A stretch of 64,000 bases of DNA from Myxococcota bacterium (GCA_965250285.1 OZ252299.1:3648001-3712000), one strand, 5' to 3'; shown: positions 9,698 through 20,219, counted from the first letter of the stretch. Made by a program: numbers and translations. Notes: generated by a model not told the origin, from the sequence alone.

Positions 9698-11560
9698 TTG
9701 ACGATCGACACCCCGCATTCCTTACAGTCGCCGCCCAGATCCCAGAGGGGCGCCCCTGCGATCCCGGCGAGCGCGGGGTCGACGCTGGCCCCGGCGCCGA
9801 GCCGTGCTCGGGCTGCGGAGGCGCCGCCGCCCATCGACCTGCGGCGGCGCGAGCTGATGAAGGGCTCGCTGGTCGCGGCCGTCGGCTTCCTGGCAGGCTG
9901 CAGTGTCGTGCCGCGGTCGAACCCGCCCGCGCGATTGGTCGACTTCACGCCGGTGCCGCTCTCGGCCTCCGACGGCAAGACGATCCAGATCGCAGACGAG
10001 TACGAGCTTCAGGTGATCGTGCCTTGGGGTGAGCCGCTGACGGCGGGTGCGCCGGCCTTCAGCTGGCCCCCTTCGAGCGAGGCTCAGGCGCAGCAGATCG
10101 GGACCGGGCACGACGGCATGACGTTCTTCCCGCTCGACGAGGATGGCCACCACGGTCTGCTCGCGCTCAACCACGAGTACGGCCTCAATCGGCAAGTGCT
10201 CGGTACGAAGCGACCGAAGACCCTCGAACAGGTTCGCGCCTCGCAGCACGCGCATGGTGTGTCGATCATCGAGCTGCGCGAAGCCGACGGCGCCTGGCGG
10301 GTGGTTCCTCAATCGGGATACGCCCGTCGCATTCACGTCGGCACCGAGATCGACATGTCCGGCCCGGTCGCCGGGCACGCGCTGGTGGCGAACCGCGCCG
10401 AAAACCCCGTGATGGGGACGCTCAACAACTGTGCGAACGGCGAGACGCCCTGGGGCACGTTTCTCACGTGCGAAGAGAACTTCAACCTCTACTTCGGAAG
10501 CACCGAGTCGTTCGAGCCGAGCGAGCGGCAGCGACGCTACGACCTCGTCGGAGGCGCGGGCTACTACGGGTGGCACCACTTCGATCCGCGCTTCGACCTG
10601 GCGAACGAAGACTACGCCCACGAATCGAATCGCTTCGGATGGGTGGTCGAGATCGACCCGAACGATCCCACGACCCGGCCGGTGAAGCGAACGGCACTTG
10701 GGCGCCTCAAGCACGAAGGGGCTACGGTGGTGGAGGCCCACGACGGTCGTACGGTCGTCTACATGGGCGACGACCAGCGCTTCGAGTTCATCTACAAGTT
10801 CGTCTCGAGTGGCGATTGGCGTGAGCTGCGCGCCGCGGGCGCAAGCCCGCTCGACGAAGGCACGCTCTACGTGGCGCGCTTCGATGAAGACGGCCGCGGC
10901 GCGTGGCTGCCGCTCACGATCGACGACCCGGTGCTCGCCGAGGCGTTCGAAGATCAGGCCGATGTGCTGGTCCACGCGCGGGTGGCCGCGTCGCTCGTCG
11001 GCGCGACGCCCATGGACCGCCCCGAGTGGATCACGGTCGGGCCCGGAGGCGAGGTCTACTGCACGCTGACCAACAACGTCGAGCGCGACGAACCCGATGC
11101 CGCGAACCCGACGGCACCCAACCCCCACGGTCAGATCATTCGCTGGTGGGACGACGACGGCCACCTGGGCACGCAGTTCGCCTGGGATCACTTCCTCGTA
11201 TGCGATGACGTCTACGAGACCGAAGAGAGCCTCGCCAGCCCCGATGGGCTGTGGGCCGATCCCGATGGTCGACTGTTCATCTGCACCGACGGCAAGCAGC
11301 TCGAGGGCAAGCCGAACCAGCTGCTGGTCGCCGATCCCTTCACGGGCGACCTGTCGCGCCTGCTGGTCGGAGTCACGGACTGCGAGATCACCGGCCTCGC
11401 CACGACACCCGATCGGCGCGCGCTCTTCGTCAACGTGCAGCACCCGGGCAACGGCAACCCGAAGGTGACGAGCTTTCCGGCCCCGGACGATGGCAAGACG
11501 GTGCCGCGAGACTGCACGCTGGTCGTCCGACGCAAGGACGGCGGGGTCGTTGGCAGCTGA
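9698..11560 (+). CDS. phoX: PhoX family alkaline phosphatase, Tat-exported (start uncertain)
   Basis: RRRELMKG Tat motif, HDGM, NHEY, GTLNNCANGETPWGTFLTCEENF, GRLKHEG, MDRPEW, CEITG, NVQHPG. Confidence 0.88.
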   Translation: MTIDTPHSLQSPPRSQRGAPAIPASAGSTLAPAPSRARAAEAPPPIDLRRRELMKGSLVAAVGFLAGCSVVPRSNPPARLVDFTPVPLSASDGKTIQIADEYELQVIVPWGEPLTAGAPAFSWPPSSEAQAQQIGTGHDGMTFFPLDEDGHHGLLALNHEYGLNRQVLGTKRPKTLEQVRASQHAHGVSIIELREADGAWRVVPQSGYARRIHVGTEIDMSGPVAGHALVANRAENPVMGTLNNCANGETPWGTFLTCEENFNLYFGSTESFEPSERQRRYDLVGGAGYYGWHHFDPRFDLANEDYAHESNRFGWVVEIDPNDPTTRPVKRTALGRLKHEGATVVEAHDGRTVVYMGDDQRFEFIYKFVSSGDWRELRAAGASPLDEGTLYVARFDEDGRGAWLPLTIDDPVLAEAFEDQADVLVHARVAASLVGATPMDRPEWITVGPGGEVYCTLTNNVERDEPDAANPTAPNPHGQIIRWWDDDGHLGTQFAWDHFLVCDDVYETEESLASPDGLWADPDGRLFICTDGKQLEGKPNQLLVADPFTGDLSRLLVGVTDCEITGLATTPDRRALFVNVQHPGNGNPKVTSFPAPDDGKTVPRDCTLVVRRKDGGVVGS

Positions 11561-11639
11561 GCGGCGGGCAAGCCAGACCGCCCGATGCGACCGATCTCGA
11601 CGAGGAGCGTCGGCCAAACGTGGGGCGGAAAGAGAACGC

Positions 11640-11890
11640 ATGTCGTGAGGATCACGCGCGAAGGATCCGCCGAACGCCATGATCGCCGGCGGCTCGATGG
11701 CCGGCCTGTTCGCCGCAATCTCCCTACCCCGGGCGGGGCAGCGGGCCGTGCTCTACGAGCGAGCGCGAGAACACGCAATCGCACGGCGGGCATCGTCACC
11801 CACGATCGACTCTACGCGCCGCTGCAGAAGGCCGGCGTCGAGCTTCATCCGCAGATGGGCGTAGCCTGCGTTGGCCGCAGGACGAAGAAG
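11640..11890 (+). pseudogene. Frameshifted 5' remnant of an FAD-dependent monooxygenase
   Basis: IAGGSMAGLFAA...VLYER in one frame continues as AGIVTHDRLYAPLQKAGV in another frame; rest of gene absent. Confidence 0.6.
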
Positions 11891-11913
11891 CCGCGGTGAA
11901 GGAAGCGGCCCGT

Positions 11914-12726
11914 TCAGGCTCGAGCGCCGTCCACGTGCCGCTCGAGAAACGAGGTGAGCACGCGATTGAAGCGCTCCGGCGCCTCCATCGGCGACATGTG
12001 ACCGACGCCCGCGATCTCGACGCGCTCAGCATGGGGAAGCCGGCGCACGAGCAGACGGGCGGCGGCGTGAAAGTGGGGCAGATCTCGTTCGCCCACGACC
12101 ACGAGACACGGCGCTTCGATCTCTTCCAGCCGCGCTTCGGCTTCGGGCTTGGTGCGCTTCTCGGGATCGCGGTGCATCCAATGCCAGCCATCGTAGTCGT
12201 CGAGCATCTCTTGGATCGCTCGGCTTACGTCTTCGTGCGCGCGTGCACTCTCGAAGAGGGCACACTCGATCCAAGCGCGCTTCGCCGACTCGACGCCCTC
12301 GGCCGCCGCATGTCTCGCAACGTCGTCTCTGATCGCAGCAAACTCGGGCGACAGCTTCAGCCCATTGATGTTGGCCCCCGCCAGCGCGAGCGTGCGCACG
12401 CGCTGGGGGTGGTCGAGCGCGAACGTGATGGCTGCGCGCGCTCCCCTCGACAACGCGACGATGTGCGCATTCTCGATCTCGAGCTCGATGAGGAGCGCTT
12501 CGAGATCACTCGACGACGAGTACTCAGCGCCCGTGAGCGCCGAAGAGCGCCCGAAGCCGCGCATATCGTATGCGATCGTCCGATACCGCTCTGCAAAGAA
12601 ATCGATCTGAGCCTTCCACATTCGCGTATCGAGGCCCGTCCCGTGGATGAAAACGATGGGAATACCCGCGCCACAGTCGACGACGTGAATCTTTGCACCG
12701 TCTCGAAGCGTGACGAAGTCGTTCAT
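11914..12726 (-). CDS. Alpha/beta fold hydrolase
   Basis: FIHG, YDMRGFGRS, ALSRG elbow, GERD, GHMSPMEAPERFN. Confidence 0.88.
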   Translation of the reverse strand: MNDFVTLRDGAKIHVVDCGAGIPIVFIHGTGLDTRMWKAQIDFFAERYRTIAYDMRGFGRSSALTGAEYSSSSDLEALLIELEIENAHIVALSRGARAAITFALDHPQRVRTLALAGANINGLKLSPEFAAIRDDVARHAAAEGVESAKRAWIECALFESARAHEDVSRAIQEMLDDYDGWHWMHRDPEKRTKPEAEARLEEIEAPCLVVVGERDLPHFHAAARLLVRRLPHAERVEIAGVGHMSPMEAPERFNRVLTSFLERHVDGARA

Positions 12727-12916
12727 CGATGCTCCGTCGCGCGCGATCGCTCGGGATCGCCATTGATGCGGGGTCGGCCGCCGAGTCGAACAAGTCGGGT
12801 CTCGCGACCTGACCTGCCGACGCATCTCGGCGTTCGAACCACACCCAGTCGCTGGCGGCGCAGCGCCGAGACGAGCCGCTCGCGCCAGTCGACGCATCGC
12901 GCCCGCTGGTTGCTGT

Positions 12917-13450
12917 TCATGAACCTTGCGCCTCGGCCAACGTCTTCAGATTGAGGAGCTGCCTGCGCATCATGAACAGGTCGAGACCCGGGCCGACCAG
13001 CGCAACGGCCCGGCCCAGGACGCCCGGCCCGAGATGCAGCGCGAGCTTGACGCGAAGCCGCGCGTGCCCCGGCGCTGCCGCTTCGACCACGTACGAGATC
13101 GCAGAAGGCGGAAACCGACCTGATTCGGGCAATCGGATCGTCACGTGATGACCCGCCTCGAACGACGCGAGCTCGAAGATCTGCATGAACGTCTGTCCGA
13201 CCTCGAGCTGCTGCAGCTCGGGGGTCAGAAAGCGCGGCGACTGACGCCCGAAGTTGTCGATCCAGTCGTAGCTGTACGGCGCCACCCGCATCTGGCAGAG
13301 CCAGGGAAAGACCGCTTCGGGCGCAGCCTCGACGTCGACGCCTCGCCACCAGCACTCGTTCGCGTTGGGTACGACCTCGTCACAGGGGTACGAAAGCCGC
13401 TGTTCTTCGAGGGTCGTTCCCCAGGTGCGAAATGTGTGCTGCCAGCTCAT
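12917..13450 (-). CDS. Hypothetical protein (possibly SRPBCC-like)
   Basis: WG...YPCD, APEAVFPWLCQMRVAPYSYDWIDN, MMRRQLLNLKTLAE; overlaps the end region of the upstream gene's operon. Confidence 0.65.
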   Translation of the reverse strand: MSWQHTFRTWGTTLEEQRLSYPCDEVVPNANECWWRGVDVEAAPEAVFPWLCQMRVAPYSYDWIDNFGRQSPRFLTPELQQLEVGQTFMQIFELASFEAGHHVTIRLPESGRFPPSAISYVVEAAAPGHARLRVKLALHLGPGVLGRAVALVGPGLDLFMMRRQLLNLKTLAEAQGS

Positions 13451-13478
13451 CTGGTCTCGATCGATGCACCTGCTTCGC

Positions 13479-14144
13479 TCATGAACCCGCTGGGTTCGCG
13501 TCGACCGGCGTCGCGCGGTAGTAGCCCGAGCCGTCGGCGTTGCCGGTGCCGTTGAAGCCGAGCGCATAGTAGCCGGCGAAGCTGCCATCGGTCGGATCGA
13601 CACGGTCGACCGACATCTCGAACCGCGTGACCACGTGCCCGATCACGGCCCAGAAACAGTAGAAGCGACCGTAGACGATGTTGGCCGAGCCGTTGTCGTT
13701 GATCGTGACGCGAGCGGTCGAGCGCACACACTGGGGCGGGATCCCGTTCACGCGCGTATGGAACCGCGAGCGGAAGCTCCAGCCAGCCGGATCGACGTTG
13801 ACCTCGTCGACCGAGATCTCCGAGAGGTCGAGCAGCAGCGGCAACAAGGTGCCGCCGACGCCCGTCGCCGAGAGACCGTCGTCGGGGTCTTCGCAGACAC
13901 CGGTCTCGGGATCGGCCTCGCAGAACACGTAGCCCCCGGGCGCATTGGCGGCGAAGAAGAGCGCCTCGAGCGAGCGGGACAGGTCGGTGTCCTCTTTCTG
14001 GGCCTGAATGTCTGTGGCCTCGGCCGCCGGGCGGTCGAGCTCCACCGGCTCGGGTGCCTCGACGTAGCGAGACGCGCAGCCCGCGAGTGCCGAAAGTAGA
14101 AGAACAAGGGCCAGGTGCGAAGGGGCCGTTCGTGCTCGTAACAT
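13479..14144 (-). CDS. Hypothetical lipoprotein
   Basis: Signal peptide with lipobox LAGC; four further Cys. Confidence 0.7.
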   Translation of the reverse strand: MLRARTAPSHLALVLLLSALAGCASRYVEAPEPVELDRPAAEATDIQAQKEDTDLSRSLEALFFAANAPGGYVFCEADPETGVCEDPDDGLSATGVGGTLLPLLLDLSEISVDEVNVDPAGWSFRSRFHTRVNGIPPQCVRSTARVTINDNGSANIVYGRFYCFWAVIGHVVTRFEMSVDRVDPTDGSFAGYYALGFNGTGNADGSGYYRATPVDANPAGS

Positions 14145-14237
14145 ATTGATTCCGATCGGTTTTATTGTTGGGCACGCTCGAATCATGCAGCCCGGGCGCG
14201 GGGCGAGGCGCGTGTCGTGAAGCCCCAACGATAGCCG

Positions 14238-14272
14238 TTGACTTGCAACTTGCAAGTCAGTAGTATCTGGGC
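14238..14272 (+). promoter_or_regulatory. Sigma70 promoter with perfect palindromic operator (probable HxlR site)
   Basis: TTGACT-17 nt-TAGTAT; TGACTTGCAA-C-TTGCAAGTCA at 14239-14259. Confidence 0.75.
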
Positions 14273-14833
14273 ATGCGATCCACCCCGTTCGACCTTCACG
14301 CCCCTGCCCAGCGACGGCCCGATCGCCTCGCCGGGCCCACTGCGTTCGAGCGGCTCGTCCGCGGGCTTCGTCTCGACCGAGCCACCGTCGGTGTCGACTT
14401 CGGCCCGGGCAGCGCGGGATCCGACTGCGACGGCGCCGAGCCGACCGAGACCGAAACGGTGCTCGTCGCTGTGACGAGAGGCGTGATCGATCGCGGCCGT
14501 CGCGGCGCGTTCTCGCGCGAGCTGCGGGCGGTGCTGGCGAAGATGACGGCATGCCCGGGCCTCGTCGGCTTCGCCGCGCGGCAGCAGATCCTCGGGCGCG
14601 CGGTCTGGACGCTCTCGGCGTGGACCGACGCCGAGGCGCTGCGTGCGTTCGTGCAGTCGCAAACGCATCGGCGCGCCGCAAAGCACGGCGGCATTCCAGC
14701 GACCGCGGTCGAAGCCGCCTTCGTCGAGCTGCCGCGCAGCGTGCTGCCCCTCGGCTGGGACCAGGCTGAACGGATCCTGGCCGAACACCGGCGACGCGTC
14801 GCCGGCCTCACCCCAACGGTTCGAGAGGAGTAA
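14273..14833 (+). CDS. ABM/DUF3291-like dimeric alpha-beta barrel protein
   Basis: PGLVGF...WTLSAWTDAEALRAFVQSQTHRRA pattern. Confidence 0.6.
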   Translation: MRSTPFDLHAPAQRRPDRLAGPTAFERLVRGLRLDRATVGVDFGPGSAGSDCDGAEPTETETVLVAVTRGVIDRGRRGAFSRELRAVLAKMTACPGLVGFAARQQILGRAVWTLSAWTDAEALRAFVQSQTHRRAAKHGGIPATAVEAAFVELPRSVLPLGWDQAERILAEHRRRVAGLTPTVREE

Positions 14834-14837
14834 CGAC

Positions 14838-15356
14838 GTGCGCCCCAACCGCTTCGATCACTGGCCCTGCCCCATCGCACGCAGCGCCGATCTGCTGGGC
14901 GACCCGTGGATCCCGATGGTCCTGCGCGAGTGCACCTACGGCGTCACCCGATTCGACGAGTTCCAGAAGCGCCTGTCGATCTCGCCGAACATCCTGGGGG
15001 CGCGTCTGCAGCGCATGGTGGAGCAGGGGATCCTCGAGAAGGAGCTCTACCAGGAGCGACCGCCCCGGTACGCATATCGGCTCACGCCGATGGGCTACGA
15101 CGCGACCCTCCTGCTCGCCGCGATGATCCGGTTCGGCAACGACTGGATCTTCGAAGAAGGGCAGCACCCGATCGATCTCTGCGACCGCGAGACGGGTCGC
15201 GTGGTGCGGCCGCTCGTCATCGACGAGCTGACCGGCAAGCCCATCGACCCCACCCAGGTGCGGCCCGGTCCGGGCCCCGGGTTCCCGGCCCCGAAGTCGT
15301 TCCAGGAGACCTGGTTCTACCCCGAGCGAGCGCACGGCGAAGAGGAAGACGCATGA
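14838..15356 (+). CDS. HxlR family winged-helix regulator
   Basis: CPIARSADLLGDPW...RFDEFQKRLSISPNILGARL...YRLTPMG; GAGGAG RBS with GTG start. Confidence 0.9.
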   Translation: MRPNRFDHWPCPIARSADLLGDPWIPMVLRECTYGVTRFDEFQKRLSISPNILGARLQRMVEQGILEKELYQERPPRYAYRLTPMGYDATLLLAAMIRFGNDWIFEEGQHPIDLCDRETGRVVRPLVIDELTGKPIDPTQVRPGPGPGFPAPKSFQETWFYPERAHGEEEDA

Positions 15357-16528
15357 CGGTGAAGCGAAGTTGGAAGTGGATTGGAGCGGCGACGCTCATC
15401 GTCGCAGCGCTCACCGTCGCGGCGGTCGTGCGCATGGCGGCGAACCGCGACGTCGACGACCCGGCGTCGCGTCGTGCGCTGGCCATCGAAGTGACGCCCG
15501 CCGAGCAGACTGCGGGCTTCGAGCGTGTGCATCGCTTCGTCGGCCGCGTCGAGTTCGCCGAGTCGGCCGAGCTCGGCTTCGAGCTGACGGGGAGACTCAG
15601 CAAGATCGTCGTCGACGAGGGGCACCGCGTGGCCGCCGGCGACACGATCGCCGAGCTCGACACCGACCGGCTGCGGGCGCAGCGGGCCGAGCTCGTCTCG
15701 ACGCGCAACGAGGCCCTCGCCCGCCTCGAGCTGGCGACCTTGCGGGATCAGCGCGCCATCGCGCTGCAGGAGCAGGACGTCGTCGCGCCGCAGCTCGCCG
15801 ACGACGCGCGACTCGAGCGGTCGGCGCGCGAAGCCGGCCTCGCTCGCGTCGACGCCGCCATCGCACGCGTCGATGTCGATCTCGCAAAGTCGGTGCTGAA
15901 AGCGCCGTTCGCGGGCGTCGTGTCGGCGCGCCACGTCGACGTCGGCGAGGTCGTATCGCCCGGTCAGCCGACCGTGCGACTGCTGAGCGTCGAGCGACCC
16001 GAGGCGCGCATCGGTGTCTCGCGGCGCGTTGCGGCCCGCATCGACGAGGGCAGCGCCGTCGAGCTGAGTGTCTCGGGTCAACCCATCACCGCAGTCGTGC
16101 TGTCGGTGTTGCCCGAGCGAAGCAGCGCGACGCGCACGGTGCCCGTTCGCTTTGCACTGAGAGAATCGGAGACCCGCCTGCACGAAGGCGACCTGGTCGA
16201 GCTCGCCTGGAACGAAAACGAGAATGCGCCGGGCTTCTGGCTGCCGAGAACGGCGCTCACCGAGGGAGCCCGCGGCCTGTGGGCGGTGTACGTCGCGGTG
16301 CCGGGCAATGCAGTCCCCGGCCCCGAGCTTCGCGCGCTCGAGCGGCGACCCGTCGAGATCCTCCACGAAGCCGGTGAACGTGTCTACGTGCGCGGTGCCC
16401 TGCGCTCGGGTGAAGACGTGGTGCAGGCCGGCGTCCACCGTCTCGTCCCCGGCCAGATCGCTCGCGTGACGAGCGGCGGGCCGCAGCTCGCGGGTCTCGC
16501 GGAAGCGGCCGGGGAGCGCCGACCGTGA
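15353..16528 (+). CDS. RND efflux periplasmic adaptor (membrane fusion protein)
   Basis: N-terminal TM, LGFELTG...VDEG..V..GD, LKAPFAGVV lipoyl halves, coiled hairpin. Confidence 0.9.
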   Translation: MTVKRSWKWIGAATLIVAALTVAAVVRMAANRDVDDPASRRALAIEVTPAEQTAGFERVHRFVGRVEFAESAELGFELTGRLSKIVVDEGHRVAAGDTIAELDTDRLRAQRAELVSTRNEALARLELATLRDQRAIALQEQDVVAPQLADDARLERSAREAGLARVDAAIARVDVDLAKSVLKAPFAGVVSARHVDVGEVVSPGQPTVRLLSVERPEARIGVSRRVAARIDEGSAVELSVSGQPITAVVLSVLPERSSATRTVPVRFALRESETRLHEGDLVELAWNENENAPGFWLPRTALTEGARGLWAVYVAVPGNAVPGPELRALERRPVEILHEAGERVYVRGALRSGEDVVQAGVHRLVPGQIARVTSGGPQLAGLAEAAGERRP

Positions 16529-19500
16529 GCCTCTCTGCCCGCCCTGCCCTGTCGCTGCTCGAGAATCGACACCTGCTCGTGATGGTGCTCGTCGTCCTCA
16601 TTGCCGCCGGGACGAGCGCCCTGCTGTCGCTGCCGGTCACCGAGGATCCGCGCATCGCCATGCGCGGCCCCATCGTGTTGACGCGGCTCCCGGGTGCCTC
16701 ACCCGAGCGAGTCGAAGCGCTCGTATCCGAGAAGATCGAAGAGAAGCTGAAAGAGGTAGCCGCGATCCGCGAGGTCGACTCGACATCGCGCGCGGGCATC
16801 TCGGTGGTCGCGATCACCCTGCGCGACGACGTGTATGACACCGAGGAGGTCTTTGCCGAGATCCGCGATCAGATCGGGGCCGCGGTGCCCGAGCTCCCGG
16901 CCGAAGCGACGACCCCCATCTTCGACGACAAGCGCGGCGCGACTTCGTTCTCGCTGATCGTCGGCCTCACGGTCGAGCAGGACGGTCAACTGACGATCGC
17001 GTCGCGGCTCGCCGAAGAGCTTGCCGATCAGCTGCGCGGGGTGCCCGGCACCGAGCTGGTGCGCATCTACGGCGAGCCCGACGAAGAGCTCGTCGCATTG
17101 ATCGACGACGCCGAGCTGTCGGCCCTTGGGCTGACGGCGGCCGACGTGGCCGCATCGCTCCGGGCAGCCGATTCGAAGCGGCCGAGCGGCCGCTTGCGCA
17201 GCGAAGACAGCGACATCGTGATGGAGGTGCACGGCGCCTTCGAATCGGTCGACCGCATTCGCCGTGTGCCGATTCGGCGGGCCGGCGACGGCGCCGTGAT
17301 TCGCGTCGCCGACGTTGCGCAGGTCGAGCGCCGCTGGCGCGATCCGACGCGCGAGATCGGGCTCTTCGACGGCGCACGCGCGGTCTTCGTGGCCGCGCGC
17401 ATGGGTCCGGGCGAGCGGGCCCAGACCTGGTCGGCCCGAGCCCGCAGCATCGTCGACGCCTTCGACGCCGAGGTCGGCGGGCCGGGCAGCCCGGTCGCGC
17501 GGCGCATCGTCTTCGACCAGAGCATCTACACCGCCGAACGACTCAACGACCTGACCGCGAACCTGCTGCTCGGGGCCGCGGTGGTCGTGGCCGTGGTGCT
17601 GTTCACGATGGGCCTGCGGGCCGGTCTGGTCGTGGGCGCCGCGCTCCCGCTCACCACGGCGCTCGCACTCTTCGGGTTGATGATGACCGGTGGCTCGCTG
17701 CAGCAGATGTCGATCTTCGGGATGATCATGGCGCTCGGCCTGCTGATCGACAACGCGATCGTGATCGTCGACGAGGTCAACGCGCGGTTTCGCGCCGGCA
17801 GCAGGCGCGCCGATGCCGTGCGCGGTGCCATCTCGCATCTCTTCGGCCCCCTGGCGGCCTCGACGCTGACGACGGTGCTCTCGTTCGCTCCGATCCCGCT
17901 GCTGATCGGCAACGTGGGCGACTTCGTCGGGCCAATCGGCGTCTCTGTGATCGTCGCGCTCGTCGCCTCATTCGTGCTTTCGATGACGATCGTGCCCGCG
18001 CTCGCCGGGCTCTTCTTGAAGGAGCGCCCGAGTCAGTCGAAGGCGGCCCACTGGATGGATCACGGCGTCGACGTGCCGCGGCTCGCCGCGGCCGCCCGTC
18101 GGCTGCTCGCAGCGGGCATGCGGCGGCCCTCACGGGCCATTGCGGTCGCCGTCGCGCTGCCACTGCTCGGCTTCGCCCTGGCGCCGACCCTCGGCAGTCA
18201 GTTCTTTCCCCGCGTCGATCGCAACATGTTCGACGTGCAGGTGTGGCTGCCCCGCGACGCATCGCTCGACCGCACTCGCCGGTCGGTGGAACAGATCGAG
18301 TCGATCATCCGGCAGGACGAGGCCGTGCGCCGCGTCTCATGGGTCATCGGCGGGAGCTTCCCGAGCGTCTTCTACAACCTGTTGATGAACCGCGACGATG
18401 CCTCCTACTACGCGCGTGGGGTCGTCGAGACCAACACGGCTGCCGAGGTGAAGGCCCTGCTGCCCGAGTTGCAGGCCGCGCTCGATGCGCGCGTGCCGAA
18501 CGCGCAGGTCGTCGTGCGGTCGTTCGGCCAGGGGCCGCCGATCGACGCCGAGATCGAGCTCGAGCTGCGCGGGCCGAGCCTCGCGACACTGCAAGAGCTC
18601 GGCGAAGAGGTGCGCCGGCTGCTGGTCGCGCAGCCCGATGTGCTCCACACGCAGACGACCCTCGAGCGCGGCGAGCCCAAGCTCTGGGTCGACGTCGACG
18701 AAGACGAGGCCCGGCTCGCGGGGCTGACGCTCTCAGATGTCGCCCTTCAGCTCGAAGGCCGACTCGAGGGCTACACGGGTGGATCCATGGTCGAGAGCTT
18801 CGAAGAGCTCCCGGTGCGGGTCCGCACGCGCGACGAACGGCGGGGCGACCGCGGCCGACTGTCGTCGATCCAGCTGATCGGCCGTGCGGGCGGCTCGGGG
18901 GACGCGTCGGAGTGGCTGCCGCTCGCGGCGCTCGGCGAGGTGAGGCTCGAGCCCGAGATCGGCGGCATCACGCGCTGCGACGGCGAGCGCTGCAATCAGG
19001 TGCGTGCCTATCTACGCGCCGGGGTCCTGCCCATCGACGTGACGCGCCAGCTGCTGGCCGAGCTCGAGCAGAGCGACTTTACGCTGCCGCCCGGCTACAG
19101 CCTGCGCGTCGGTGGCGACTCGGAAGAGAGCGGCGCCGCCGTGTCGAGTCTGCTCACGTACGCGCCGATCCTCGGCGTGCTGATGGTGACGACCGTCGTA
19201 CTGTCGTTTCGCAGCGGGCTGCTCGCGACGCTCCTGTTCGGGGTCGCGGGCCTGTCGGTCGGCATGGGCCTGCTCGCCACCTGGGTCAGCGGCTTTCCGT
19301 TCAGCTTCACGTCGATTCTCGGCACCGCGGGCCTGATCGGTGTCGCGCTGAACGACTCGATCGTCGTGCTCGCGGCGATTCGCCACGACCCGCGCGCATC
19401 GGCCGGCGAGGTCGATGCGATCGTCGACGCAGTCATGGGCTGCGCGCGCCACGTGATCTCGACGACGCTGACGACGATCGGCGGTTTCTTGCCACTGCTC

Positions 19501-19716
19501 ATCTTCGTCGGCGGTGACTTCTGGCCGCCGCTCGCCGTCGTGCTGGCCGGTGGGGTCGGCGGCGCGACGCTGCTGGCCACCGTTTTCCTGCCCGCCGGCT
19601 ACCGGATGCTGGCGACACGGGTCGGCCGACTTCGGAGCGACCCCGATCCGGAGACCGAGCGGCCCGTTCGCGTCGTCGCGCTGGCGCCGCAGCCCGAGAC
19701 CGCACTCGGGGGCTAG
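16525..19716 (+). CDS. RND efflux permease (AcrB/CusA superfamily)
   Basis: 1063 aa; PGASPERVE, GLLIDNAIV, STLTTV, GVALNDSIV, FWPPLA. Confidence 0.93.
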   Translation: MSLSARPALSLLENRHLLVMVLVVLIAAGTSALLSLPVTEDPRIAMRGPIVLTRLPGASPERVEALVSEKIEEKLKEVAAIREVDSTSRAGISVVAITLRDDVYDTEEVFAEIRDQIGAAVPELPAEATTPIFDDKRGATSFSLIVGLTVEQDGQLTIASRLAEELADQLRGVPGTELVRIYGEPDEELVALIDDAELSALGLTAADVAASLRAADSKRPSGRLRSEDSDIVMEVHGAFESVDRIRRVPIRRAGDGAVIRVADVAQVERRWRDPTREIGLFDGARAVFVAARMGPGERAQTWSARARSIVDAFDAEVGGPGSPVARRIVFDQSIYTAERLNDLTANLLLGAAVVVAVVLFTMGLRAGLVVGAALPLTTALALFGLMMTGGSLQQMSIFGMIMALGLLIDNAIVIVDEVNARFRAGSRRADAVRGAISHLFGPLAASTLTTVLSFAPIPLLIGNVGDFVGPIGVSVIVALVASFVLSMTIVPALAGLFLKERPSQSKAAHWMDHGVDVPRLAAAARRLLAAGMRRPSRAIAVAVALPLLGFALAPTLGSQFFPRVDRNMFDVQVWLPRDASLDRTRRSVEQIESIIRQDEAVRRVSWVIGGSFPSVFYNLLMNRDDASYYARGVVETNTAAEVKALLPELQAALDARVPNAQVVVRSFGQGPPIDAEIELELRGPSLATLQELGEEVRRLLVAQPDVLHTQTTLERGEPKLWVDVDEDEARLAGLTLSDVALQLEGRLEGYTGGSMVESFEELPVRVRTRDERRGDRGRLSSIQLIGRAGGSGDASEWLPLAALGEVRLEPEIGGITRCDGERCNQVRAYLRAGVLPIDVTRQLLAELEQSDFTLPPGYSLRVGGDSEESGAAVSSLLTYAPILGVLMVTTVVLSFRSGLLATLLFGVAGLSVGMGLLATWVSGFPFSFTSILGTAGLIGVALNDSIVVLAAIRHDPRASAGEVDAIVDAVMGCARHVISTTLTTIGGFLPLLIFVGGDFWPPLAVVLAGGVGGATLLATVFLPAGYRMLATRVGRLRSDPDPETERPVRVVALAPQPETALGG

Positions 19717-19757
19717 GCCGGCTTCATCGAGCGCCGCACCCACTCAAAGGAGAAACC

Positions 19758-20219
19758 ATGCGATCTCGACAACACCCCCGATTCGTTCGCAGCCTGCTCT
19801 TCGTCGCCGCTTGCGGCATGACGACGGCGCTGGCCGCGCCAGCGGCCGCGGTCGATCTGGTCGTGTTCATTCAGGGGGTCCCGTCGGACGAGGGGCAGGT
19901 GCGCTGTGCTCTCTTCGCCGGCGAGCCCGGCTTTCCGATGGATTCGGACGAGGCGCTCGAACGCGCCTCGCACGAAGCCCGGCCGGATGGCGTCGAGTGC
20001 CGCTGGGAGGGGCTCGAACCGGGCACCTACGCCGTCGCGGCCAACCACGACGTCAACGCCAACGGGCGCACCGACAAGAACTGGCTCGGCATTCCCACCG
20101 AAGCTTGGGGCGTCTCGAACAACGTGCGCCCGACGCTCCGGGCGCCGCGCTTCGACGAAGCCGCGTTCGATCTGCCCGATGTCGAGTCGCTGGAGCTCGA
20201 GATTCGGCTGGGTCGCTGA
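19758..20219 (+). CDS. DUF2141 family exported protein
   Basis: Signal peptide; PGTYAVA.NHDVNANG..DKNWLGIPTEAWGVSNN...PRFDEAAF; AGGAG RBS. Confidence 0.85.
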   Translation: MRSRQHPRFVRSLLFVAACGMTTALAAPAAAVDLVVFIQGVPSDEGQVRCALFAGEPGFPMDSDEALERASHEARPDGVECRWEGLEPGTYAVAANHDVNANGRTDKNWLGIPTEAWGVSNNVRPTLRAPRFDEAAFDLPDVESLELEIRLGR

